Assembly: GCA_964545225.1 (NCBI GenBank)
Contig: CAZJFY010000001.1
Coordinates: 1-49,053, forward strand
Origin: an uncultured bacterium
GTDB lineage: Bacteria > Aquificota > Aquificia > Desulfurobacteriales > Desulfurobacteriaceae
Length of the DNA stretch: 49,053 nt
Reading direction: 5' to 3'
Position numbers and translations under genes: made by a program. The notes beneath the pieces were generated by a model that searched no databases, was not told the DNA's origin, and was given only the letters and a program-made list of their open reading frames with translations. Shown one piece after another: positions 17,081 to 25,019 of this stretch (within the stretch, counting starts at the first letter, position 1; every line of letters starts with the position of its first letter).

Positions 17081-18373
17081 ATGGCTGGTGTTTGGACAGT
17101 TAAGGGGCTAAAGAAAATAAAGGAGGCAATAGCTAATTCTCAACCGATTTCTTTTACGACAGCTAAGCTTAACATTTCCGACGCGCCGGTTGGATCAATA
17201 GAGCTTAACGCTGGGTTAGAAGAACTACCTAATCCCTATGGTGCCCTTGTGCCCAAACTTGAGTACGATGAGCAATCTGGAATACTTACAGCTGAAATTG
17301 TTGTCCCTCCCTACTTTGGTATTCCTCAGGATAAGTTTGTTAACGGGATAGGACTTTATGTTGAAGATGTTTTAGCTTATGTTGAACAAATTATTCCTCG
17401 CAGGATACCGAACAACAGCTATGCTAGATTTAAGGTCAAGATAAACATAGAAAATTATCCTGGTGCTTTTGATATACACCTTGTTTCTTTCAGTTTTAAT
17501 GCTGGACTCTCCGAAAAAGTGCTTATCCAACCAGGTTCTACATATTCTCGTTCTTTTGCTTCTGAAGTTAAAGAAGTCAAGGTATATGTCAAGAAAGAAA
17601 ATGTTTACGCGGAGAATAACGGCGAAGTAAGTGTATCACTGTCTGAAGATTTAAAAACAGTCAACCTCACAAATACTACCGATGGCAATATAGAGGTTGC
17701 AGTATTCTATTTAGTGGGAACGAATCCAATTCCGGAAGGTATCACCTATGATGATGTTAAGAAGGTAGCTTCTCCTATATATGTTGGAAGCCAACCCCCT
17801 GCTCCTAGCGAGGGTTATCTTCTGTTTTACTATACTGAGGCTCGTGATCTTTATTTTGCTAATACCGATCTGAACAGATGGGAATCTATTACTGCTGATA
17901 TTAGAGCCAAAGTAGAATTATTTTGGGATAAAGTGTTAAGAATGCATTCTTTGGAGCTGGCTGGCAGATATGGTTTATATAACTATGTTATTAATAACTG
18001 TAAGGATTGGGAAGGATGGAATAGGTCATTGTCTTCTAATGTTACTCTCGCTCGTAACGCAATATGGTTTGAGGCTTATAAAGGAGATGCAGTTTTGATT
18101 AGTCAGCGATTAAAACCTAAAAACGCAGATTCTTATAATGAAGTTGATATTTTATTTGATGTGTTAGGCATGAGAACAAACTTTATAGAGTGTTATTATG
18201 ATATTGGACAAGGTTGGAATAGGGTGTCTCCGCTTACCAAGCTTTCTTTTTCTGATTTCAGTGGTATTGTTCTAAAGTTTAAAGTTCCTAGCGACGCTGC
18301 CTTGAGATTGTCTCCTTCAATTTTTGGTTTAGTGATAGTTTCCTCTCGTCCTTTGGTTGTTGATTTCGGGTAA
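17081..18373 (+). CDS. Second fibre protein with tail-collar fibre-like N-domain
   Basis: 'VWTVKGLKKIKEAIANSQPISFTTAKLNISDAPVG...LTAEIVVPPYFGIPQDKFVNGIGLYVEDVLAYV' shows the same pattern as 16273..17073. The C-terminal 300 aa are unrelated to it. Confidence 0.5.
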   Translation: MAGVWTVKGLKKIKEAIANSQPISFTTAKLNISDAPVGSIELNAGLEELPNPYGALVPKLEYDEQSGILTAEIVVPPYFGIPQDKFVNGIGLYVEDVLAYVEQIIPRRIPNNSYARFKVKINIENYPGAFDIHLVSFSFNAGLSEKVLIQPGSTYSRSFASEVKEVKVYVKKENVYAENNGEVSVSLSEDLKTVNLTNTTDGNIEVAVFYLVGTNPIPEGITYDDVKKVASPIYVGSQPPAPSEGYLLFYYTEARDLYFANTDLNRWESITADIRAKVELFWDKVLRMHSLELAGRYGLYNYVINNCKDWEGWNRSLSSNVTLARNAIWFEAYKGDAVLISQRLKPKNADSYNEVDILFDVLGMRTNFIECYYDIGQGWNRVSPLTKLSFSDFSGIVLKFKVPSDAALRLSPSIFGLVIVSSRPLVVDFG

Positions 18374-18381
18374 TATCCGGG

Positions 18382-18636
18382 TTAATCTTTGTCTTTAAAG
18401 GTTGATGCTATCCCAGATATTTTTACCATTTTTGTGTTCTCTTGAACTCTCCTTAGATATTCTTCTGGATCAAATTCGTTTTTGATTTTTTCTTGTTTAA
18501 CGCTAAACATTTTCATACCTATTGCTTTTATCATTTCTAATACACCAAGAAACTCCACTAACCCTTCACAATTATGCGTTACATAAACCCTTCCGCTATC
18601 TGCTATTAGCACTTTGAATTCGTATTGTTTAGCCAT
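18382..18636 (-). CDS. Hypothetical small protein (84 aa) co-transcribed with the MTase
   Basis: GGAGGGG SD lies inside the 3' end of the MTase gene, giving a 31-nt overlap. Confidence 0.6.
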   Translation of the reverse strand: MAKQYEFKVLIADSGRVYVTHNCEGLVEFLGVLEMIKAIGMKMFSVKQEKIKNEFDPEEYLRRVQENTKMVKISGIASTFKDKD

Positions 18637-19436
18637 TTTCCCCTCCAGCTAAAAAGAGATAGAGTGTTTGACAAAATTCTATTTTTAATCATTTTACAAT
18701 AGTTTTTTGAGATTTCTATCCCTATCCATTTGCGTTTCAGCTTTTCAGCTACTACCAATGTTGTTCCGCTGCCTGCAAAAGGATCTAGCACTACATCACC
18801 TTCGTAAGTTAGGCATTCTATAACGAGCTTAGCGATTTTCTCAGGGAAAGGTGCTGGGTGGTCTCTGTTTCTTTCTGGTGGAATTTCCCAAATACCTCTT
18901 GTGAATAAGATAAAGTCTTCTTTACTTATAGATGATTTACCCTTCTTCTCCTTTTTCCATTGATCCTTGTATAGTATTAAGAAGCCTTCGAGAGGTGAGT
19001 TGACATAAGGAGCTGAGGGAGATAGCCAACTTCCCCAGGCTGTTGCCTTACTTATTGTTCTATCCATCCAGATTCCTATTCCGTGGTGCTTGAATCCTAT
19101 GTTTCTTGTTGCTATGTAGTTTATGTCCATCAAGGGGGCAAATCTAAACTCTGATGTTCCGCATGACAGATAATGGTTTATTACTATTCTACCGTCTTTC
19201 TTTAGGACTCTAAACGACTCCTTTAGGAACGATTCTATTAGTTGAAGGTACTCGTCATATGGCAGGTTGTCGTTCCACTCGTCGTATTCGATTCCTAAGT
19301 TGTATGGAGGCGAGGTAAGGATTAAATCAATGCTACTTGAAGGAAGTGTTTTGAGGATTTCGCGACAATCTCCACAATACAGTATACCGCTTTCAGCTTC
19401 GAAGTACAGGTGTTCCTTGGGAAAATCTTTGAGCAT
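18606..19436 (-). CDS. DNA methyltransferase, beta class (N4-cytosine or N6-adenine), orphan
   Basis: Motif IV 'DLILTSPPYNLG' is N-terminal and motif I 'VLDPFAGSGTT' is C-terminal (N6_N4_Mtase order). Start ATG 19436 is preceded by GGAGGGG and lies downstream of the predicted TSS. The track start 19484 falls inside the promoter -35. Confidence 0.85.
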   Translation of the reverse strand: MLKDFPKEHLYFEAESGILYCGDCREILKTLPSSSIDLILTSPPYNLGIEYDEWNDNLPYDEYLQLIESFLKESFRVLKKDGRIVINHYLSCGTSEFRFAPLMDINYIATRNIGFKHHGIGIWMDRTISKATAWGSWLSPSAPYVNSPLEGFLILYKDQWKKEKKGKSSISKEDFILFTRGIWEIPPERNRDHPAPFPEKIAKLVIECLTYEGDVVLDPFAGSGTTLVVAEKLKRKWIGIEISKNYCKMIKNRILSNTLSLFSWRGKWLNNTNSKC

Positions 19437-19455
19437 TTCCCCTCCGCTTGCTCTA

Positions 19456-19484
19456 ATTTTACTTAAATAGGGGAGAATAGTCAA
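19456..19484 (-). promoter_or_regulatory. Canonical sigma70-type promoter TTGACT-17 nt-TAAAAT for the MTase operon
   Basis: On the minus strand the -35 TTGACT is at 19484-19479, the spacer is 17 nt and the -10 TAAAAT is at 19461-19456. The SD and ATG 19436 follow immediately. Confidence 0.6.
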
Positions 19485-19573
19485 GGTTGGCTGAGAAGCT
19501 GTTTGAAAATTGCCAAAAGCAAGAAAAGCCTACCCTTCTCGGTATGAAAGCGAAAAGACTAAACTTTCACAAA

Positions 19574-19593
19574 GTTCTTGAACTATCAAGAAC
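19574..19593. promoter_or_regulatory. Perfect inverted repeat GTTCTTGA-acta-TCAAGAAC in a non-coding region
   Basis: 8-bp arms and a 4-nt spacer. No flanking T-tract. Candidate operator or recombination site. Confidence 0.3.
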
Positions 19594-19650
19594 GTACATA
19601 AACCGAAGAGGACAGGCTATACAGAGATATTTACATCCCTTCAAAACAAG

Positions 19651-19690
19651 AAAAGAAAAACCCAATTCAACTTGGGAGTTTTGTTCTTTG
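19651..19690. terminator. A-tract / hairpin / T-tract element (candidate bidirectional terminator)
   Basis: AAAAGAAAAA-CCCAA-ttcaac-TTGGG-AGTTTTGTTCTTT. The stem is only 5 bp. Confidence 0.3.
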
Positions 19691-19730
19691 TCTGGATGAT
19701 TTTTCAAACACTCTCAGATTGGCTTTTGAT

Positions 19731-19741
19731 TTTGTTATAAT
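19731..19741 (+). promoter_or_regulatory. Extended -10 promoter TTTGTTATAAT
   Basis: Exact 11-mer, 31 nt upstream of ATG 19772, at the end of a 335-bp non-coding region. Confidence 0.6.
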
Positions 19742-19771
19742 TTATCGTGAACATCTTAAAGGAGGGATAAA

Positions 19772-20869
19772 ATGGGATACGCAGCCACGACATTTGCCTA
19801 CAATAGTAAGGAGGAGTGTCTTGAACTTCTTAAAAGCAGAATTATAGATGTTTTTGGGTGGAAGCTTATTGATTATGACCAAAACAACTGGTTTGTCGTT
19901 TTGACGAAAGGAGAAAATGATAAGGAAGCATTTTTGTGTAAGGTAGAATTAAAAGCAAGTGATAACGAGATAGTAGTTTTGGGTTATCAATTTTACGATT
20001 CAGCTGACAAAAAGCCTTATAGCTATGGATATGCTGATAGATACTGGGCTATTGGTAGATGGAGTTTAAGAGGTGAGAAAGGTGTGTGCTGGCTTTACGG
20101 AAACAAAGATGCATTGATGATCGTAAATAAAAACTTTATAGAAGGAAACCAGGGAGAAATGGAAACGCAGGTAACTGCCGTTTATTTTGGCAGGTTTGTC
20201 CCTGCGTATGACGATTATTACTCAATTGTTGATTTGGGCGATTCTGGGGAAACGGGAAGTGGAACGAATATGGTTTTAAAGGTAGAGGATGCCTCTAAGT
20301 TTGAGCTTAACAGAGCCTATGTAATAGCTGATGCTGAGCATGCAGAAAAAGTTATTGTGGTCAACAGAGACACTAATACCAATACGATAACCGTTGATAA
20401 GCTAAATTATTCGTACAAGCCTAAAGATGTAGCAACAGCTGAAACTGTTGGTACCGGCGAAACTTATAGATTACCAGTAGTCATAGGCGAAATGCCAAGA
20501 CCCTACATTATACTTGACTGGTGGAAGTCTACTCCCCAAACTCTCTTTTCTAATGTTGGGGAACCTAGTTTTGTTTCCATGTCTGATACAAGAGGGGTTG
20601 GTCAAGTTGTTTCTTTCTACGAGCCCCAAACGCTTGTAGATGCTGCGACTTTCGATCAGCTTAATCAAGACAGATACTTATTTGAAACCTACATTTATAG
20701 CGATAACCCCTCTGGTTTTTACGGCAAGTTTGATATGTTCTATGTCCTTGGAACCACTGGAATACAGCCTGAGATAACCGTTTTAAATGATGCTACTTGG
20801 ATTTACAGGGCTTTTCAAGTCATGGGATTAGGCGATTTGGTTGCTATCAGAGAGTCGAGGGTTTCCTAA
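19772..20869 (+). CDS. Hypothetical protein (365 aa), first gene of a long operon
   Basis: AAGGAGGG SD. Lies 31 nt downstream of the TTTGTTATAAT promoter. Confidence 0.75.
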   Translation: MGYAATTFAYNSKEECLELLKSRIIDVFGWKLIDYDQNNWFVVLTKGENDKEAFLCKVELKASDNEIVVLGYQFYDSADKKPYSYGYADRYWAIGRWSLRGEKGVCWLYGNKDALMIVNKNFIEGNQGEMETQVTAVYFGRFVPAYDDYYSIVDLGDSGETGSGTNMVLKVEDASKFELNRAYVIADAEHAEKVIVVNRDTNTNTITVDKLNYSYKPKDVATAETVGTGETYRLPVVIGEMPRPYIILDWWKSTPQTLFSNVGEPSFVSMSDTRGVGQVVSFYEPQTLVDAATFDQLNQDRYLFETYIYSDNPSGFYGKFDMFYVLGTTGIQPEITVLNDATWIYRAFQVMGLGDLVAIRESRVS

Positions 20870-20884
20870 TACCTGGAGAGGTTA

Positions 20885-21136
20885 ATGCTTTGTGTTATTC
20901 CTATCGTCAAAGCTGTTTCTGGTTTGGAATTTTCTTTCTCTATTTATTCTACTATTCCTCCGTCATCTGTTGAGGGGCTCCCTCCGGGGCTTTCCTATTC
21001 TTATTCCTCAAGTTCAAATACTTTGACCATCTCCGGCGTCCCATATACCGTGGGCGTTTTTCCGGTTGTAATTACTTTTGACGAAGAAGTTGGCGATATA
21101 ACATTTGTAATACAAGTGGGACTGGAGTATGGCTAA
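20885..21136 (+). CDS. Hypothetical small protein (83 aa)
   Basis: GGAGAGG SD. 8-nt overlap with the next gene. Confidence 0.6.
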   Translation: MLCVIPIVKAVSGLEFSFSIYSTIPPSSVEGLPPGLSYSYSSSSNTLTISGVPYTVGVFPVVITFDEEVGDITFVIQVGLEYG

Positions 21137-21437
21137 AATTTATCCTGATACGATGTATACTTACGAGGGGGCATTTTTCTCCATTCTTATTGTTGCTGAT
21201 TACAGGATTTCAAAAGTGGAGGCTTTTACTGGTTTGTCGACAGAAAAAATATCTGATTATGTTTGGAAAGTAGAAGGCTTTGTTGGAGTGACTAGCAGAG
21301 ATGAGCCTTATTACATCACTGTTTACAAATCTCCACTAGAGCTGTCAGAGGAGGTTGAGGACTTTAATATAAAGGTTTATGTTAAAAAGTGTGACATAGA
21401 TTATGATTGGATTTTGAATAATTATTGCGGAGGATAA
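21129..21437 (+). CDS. Hypothetical small protein (102 aa)
   Basis: GGAG lies upstream. Tightly coupled to its neighbours. Confidence 0.6.
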   Translation: MAKIYPDTMYTYEGAFFSILIVADYRISKVEAFTGLSTEKISDYVWKVEGFVGVTSRDEPYYITVYKSPLELSEEVEDFNIKVYVKKCDIDYDWILNNYCGG

Positions 21438-21438
21438 A

Positions 21439-21729
21439 ATGAATTTAGAAGCATTAAGAGATGTTCCTGACCTGTCTCGTATTCTACATTCAAAAAAAGT
21501 AGATATTCCATCTCAGCAGGTTGTAAAGATTACCACAGAAGGTCTATTTGAGAGACAAATAGTTATTATTAGAAATGTCGGGCGCGATACCGTCTATCTT
21601 GGCGATGTTAATGTTTCGCCTGAAACAGGTTTTCCTTTGTTTGTAAATGAAGTTATTGTGTTGCCTACAAAGAAAGACATTTTTGCCTACTCTAAGAAGA
21701 GTGGAGAATTACGAGTTCTTGAAGGTTAA
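21439..21729 (+). CDS. Hypothetical small beta-sandwich-like protein (96 aa)
   Basis: GCGGAGGA SD. 'VIIRNVGRDTVYLGDVNVSPETGFPLFVNEVIVLPTKKDIFAYS' has a generic beta-sandwich signature. Confidence 0.6.
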   Translation: MNLEALRDVPDLSRILHSKKVDIPSQQVVKITTEGLFERQIVIIRNVGRDTVYLGDVNVSPETGFPLFVNEVIVLPTKKDIFAYSKKSGELRVLEG

Positions 21730-21731
21730 AG

Positions 21732-24479
21732 ATGGCGAATGCAAGAAAGGCTAACGGTGCCCCAAAGAGAGCTAGGGTTTATGTCGATCCGATAGGGAGG
21801 GGAGCTCCTACTGTTCCTGAAATACATGAAGATTCCGAAAGATCTTTTTGGCCATATTCTTCTGGTGATAGAAGTTGGTTTTCGTATCCAGTAAGGCCAA
21901 CTAGGTTCCCGGAGTACCGGGACATTGGATTTTTATTTGCTTATCAATTCAGGATAGTTCCTGATTTTAGAAGGCTGAAAAAAGTTTTTAGGTCTCTAAA
22001 AGGAAGATGTAGAGCAAAAATATATGTATCTGGCGAGATGCAACAATCTACTGCTGGACAAGTTTCTTATGAAGATACCCGAAAGACATATCCTCCCGTT
22101 TGTCCATATCGGGGTATTCTCCAGTTGGCTCTTGTTCCGGCCAGAGTTTTATCCCCCTTACTTAAGGTTTTTAGAGAGAAGGAGAATCAATTTTGTAAGA
22201 CTTTTTTACCATTTTCTTTCAATACAGCGTCTCTTGCGGGTAGGATCAGATTTTACAATCAGTTTTGCCTTACGGCTTCTGATAAGTCACTAAGAGATTT
22301 GTATTCGCTTGTGTCAGCTGTTAACACCATAAAGTCTAGTTATGAATGTGTGGGTTATTCGGGTTCAAAGACATTTGGGGAACTACGGCTGCTGAAAGTT
22401 AATTTCAATCAGGGAGCTGCAAAGGCTAAAACCTTGGACTGCGCATTGGCGGATGATGCTATTGGGCGTAGATTGGGTTACTATACGATAACTGGAAAGA
22501 TTGATTTAGCTAGGTTTTTTAAACTTCCGCTTTCGTTAAACATTTCGTCCACCAGGAGGATAAGATTCTGGGCATGGCATGATACAAGAAGATTTTTTGT
22601 TAATCCGTGTGCCTCCACCGGTTTTAAGATTGTGCCTTTGGATAGCTTTCGTTCATTACACTTTGGTTTGGAGTGGAATGTAATACAAACAGACTTGGAG
22701 GGGTCAACACTTAGGCATAATTGGAAGTTGTTGCCCTTCCTTAGAAAGTCTTTTGTTGCTACTAAGGCCTTAAACCCTTTTCTGTCTTCTATCTTATTGG
22801 ATCCAAAAAACAAGATTGAGAAAGTTCGTAAGTTTAAGGTTTTTTACTACGAAGATGATGCTGCGGAAGCAGAAGTGGTGGAGATTGGAACATGCGGGTA
22901 TTCTTGGAAAGATAAAGATGTTACCGAACTTTACCATGGAGGAACTGCTGATGGTTATGCTAGCTTTGCAGTCTTTGGTTGGGACACAATTAGTAGAAAC
23001 CCTAAAAGCCATATCGTTCAGATAAACCGCTCTAGACAAGAAAAACAAACGAGAGATTTTTCGCTTACCCAATTGAATTACATACCAGCTTACGGATTGC
23101 CGGCGAAAATTTCTGCTGCCTTTGTGGGTGAGGGGTTTAAAAGCGTTCTTACTATCGGCGAACCTTCTTATTCAATGTTTCGCGAAATAAATTCTTTTCA
23201 AACGCTTCTTTTTTCGCAATTTGTCGGTTTGAGAGATGTATTAGCTTTTGCTCCCTTGGTGGAGCGAGAAACAACTTCGTTATCGTATTACTTTGATACC
23301 ATTGGCTTCATGCCCTTGGATAATACTGTTATCCAATCTGTTTTCCCGTTTATCTATTCTTCTGTTTCCCTAGACACACTCATTTCAAGTGCTTGGTTTG
23401 ATAGCGTGTTTTCTTTTTCAAATTCGTTTTCCCCATTTTCAGCTCTTATCCACGATGCTCCTTCCTTTAATGAGCCTGATCCTCTTTTGCCGTCTTATTG
23501 TGTAGGATCTAAGTATGGTTCAAAGAGATATCTCTCTGATCTATTTGTTGAGCATGAATACAAAATCTGGTCTTCAAGAGCTGTTTATAAGAATTATTCT
23601 TCATCCAGTTATAGACTACCCTCTTTGTTGTTATTCCAGTCTTACGATAACAGGTTTGTGGGTAATTTACCTTCAGTTAGGTTTTTTTCTACATTTGATA
23701 GACAAACACTTTCTTGGAAACAGGTTTCTAACAACTTGTTTTCTTTTGCTTTTTCCAAGAAACATTATGGATTGTATTCCAGTAGTTATGCTTTAAATGT
23801 TTTTGATGCAGGATATTATGAGGATGAATGGTTCCCTTCACAAACATCTGATGATGTAAGGGGAGAACCTGAGGGTTATTCTTTTACTTTGAGAAAAGAA
23901 GATGTTTCGTTTTTGTGCAAGCTGTTCTACGCTAGACCAATATCTTACATTGACTATTGGAAGCCGTATTATCAAGATGAAGAAGGGAATTTTGTTAATT
24001 TGCCTGAGGAAGAACAAACAACTACTGAAGAGCCATCTGGATTACCAGGGACGAGCTGGGTAAATGATTATGGACAGCGAGTGCTTAATTACAACAAATT
24101 GCTGAATGCAAGAGCGCTGCTGGCTCTTACACAAATTGGATGGGGGTATACCACTCCTCCTTCTGTTAGCATAGATGCACACAAACTTGATAGTTCTATA
24201 CGAGAAGATTACTTATCGATTCCAACTTTTCTTAGCTATGACATTGACTCCGATACTGTTTTTGAAGAAGGTTCTGTTGATACTAGGCTTTATGATGGCC
24301 CAACAATAGACAGAGCCAGGGCTTTTGTACAGCCGTTTAAGGAATGGGTTGAAGAAGAAGGAGAGATATTTGCTTTCATATACGCCATGAGGATGCACTA
24401 TCATATTTTTAACTCAATGAAATTCGAAAAACAGACTTTTATGGGTTGCGCACCGCTAAAAATCATTGGTTCGTTATAA
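21732..24479 (+). CDS. Hypothetical 915-aa Ser/Phe/Tyr-rich protein with basic N-terminal arm
   Basis: Uninterrupted 2.7-kb ORF. N-terminus 'MANARKANGAPKRARVY'. Confidence 0.8.
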   Translation: MANARKANGAPKRARVYVDPIGRGAPTVPEIHEDSERSFWPYSSGDRSWFSYPVRPTRFPEYRDIGFLFAYQFRIVPDFRRLKKVFRSLKGRCRAKIYVSGEMQQSTAGQVSYEDTRKTYPPVCPYRGILQLALVPARVLSPLLKVFREKENQFCKTFLPFSFNTASLAGRIRFYNQFCLTASDKSLRDLYSLVSAVNTIKSSYECVGYSGSKTFGELRLLKVNFNQGAAKAKTLDCALADDAIGRRLGYYTITGKIDLARFFKLPLSLNISSTRRIRFWAWHDTRRFFVNPCASTGFKIVPLDSFRSLHFGLEWNVIQTDLEGSTLRHNWKLLPFLRKSFVATKALNPFLSSILLDPKNKIEKVRKFKVFYYEDDAAEAEVVEIGTCGYSWKDKDVTELYHGGTADGYASFAVFGWDTISRNPKSHIVQINRSRQEKQTRDFSLTQLNYIPAYGLPAKISAAFVGEGFKSVLTIGEPSYSMFREINSFQTLLFSQFVGLRDVLAFAPLVERETTSLSYYFDTIGFMPLDNTVIQSVFPFIYSSVSLDTLISSAWFDSVFSFSNSFSPFSALIHDAPSFNEPDPLLPSYCVGSKYGSKRYLSDLFVEHEYKIWSSRAVYKNYSSSSYRLPSLLLFQSYDNRFVGNLPSVRFFSTFDRQTLSWKQVSNNLFSFAFSKKHYGLYSSSYALNVFDAGYYEDEWFPSQTSDDVRGEPEGYSFTLRKEDVSFLCKLFYARPISYIDYWKPYYQDEEGNFVNLPEEEQTTTEEPSGLPGTSWVNDYGQRVLNYNKLLNARALLALTQIGWGYTTPPSVSIDAHKLDSSIREDYLSIPTFLSYDIDSDTVFEEGSVDTRLYDGPTIDRARAFVQPFKEWVEEEGEIFAFIYAMRMHYHIFNSMKFEKQTFMGCAPLKIIGSL

Positions 24480-24480
24480 T
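24473..24480 (+). promoter_or_regulatory. Candidate -10 (GTTATAAT) overlapping the stop codon of the 915-aa gene
   Basis: tcGTTATAAT has TATAAT at 24475-24480. It lacks the TG of the extended motif. Lies 35 nt upstream of ATG 24515. Confidence 0.3.
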
Positions 24481-24514
24481 TTAACTAGGAAACAAATTAG
24501 AGGGTTGCACTCGC

Positions 24515-25009
24515 ATGGAAATAGAAACTCTATTTTCTATTTGTCAAGTTGGTGAAGGCAGCTCTAGTGGCAGCGGGAGCAGTGGAAGCGGTAACGGCAG
24601 CGGTAGTGGTGGTTCTGGAGGTTCTGGTTCTGTTCAGTGCGAGCAAAAACCTTATTACTACGAGGAACTTGTTTTGCTTCCCTACTCTTCTTTTAATAAT
24701 ATTGATGCCGCTGACTTTGAACTAGTTTTTGATGGTACGCAAGAGTTCAACAGGAAGCCGGTGTTTTTCTTTCAAATGATTGTAGATAACATAGGTAATA
24801 CTGATGCTTTTTTACGCATCAGTTTGGTTTCTTCTGAGAGCGAAGAAGTTTTGGACGAAATTAAAATCCCCCCCAAGATTCGTAAGATTCCATTAAATTT
24901 TGACGGGCTTATATCTTCCCTGAGGATATATGCCAGAGGGAGTTTAAAAATACAGTCTTTAGGCACTTATGGCGATCTAGAGCAAAAGATAGCTCAACCT
25001 GTTTCTTGA
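24515..25009 (+). CDS. Hypothetical protein with N-terminal Gly/Ser linker (164 aa)
   Basis: 'GEGSSSGSGSSGSGNGSGSGGSGGSGS' followed by a beta-rich domain. Weak SD (AGAGGG). Confidence 0.6.
   Translation: MEIETLFSICQVGEGSSSGSGSSGSGNGSGSGGSGGSGSVQCEQKPYYYEELVLLPYSSFNNIDAADFELVFDGTQEFNRKPVFFFQMIVDNIGNTDAFLRISLVSSESEEVLDEIKIPPKIRKIPLNFDGLISSLRIYARGSLKIQSLGTYGDLEQKIAQPVS
24551..24631 (+). repeat. Gly/Ser linker coding tract
   Basis: 'GEGSSSGSGSSGSGNGSGSGGSGGSGS'. Confidence 0.8.
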
Positions 25010-25019
25010 GGAGGGCAGG

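Noticed and set aside
18365-18395. Terminator at the convergent junction 18373/18382
   Set aside because: The tcggg...ccggg segments are not complementary, so no stable hairpin forms.
19487-19699. 70-aa ORF in the 335-bp gap
   Set aside because: It has a TTG start, no SD and a Lys/Arg-rich composition that looks like random sequence. It also overlaps the minus-strand promoter region, so I treat the region as non-coding.
22350-22370. 'GYSGSKTF' in the 915-aa protein and 'GGAGKIT' in 12372..12719 as Walker-A motifs
   Set aside because: Neither fits [AG]-x4-G-K-[ST] (the first has S-K-T and the second G-K-I), and no Walker-B context follows.
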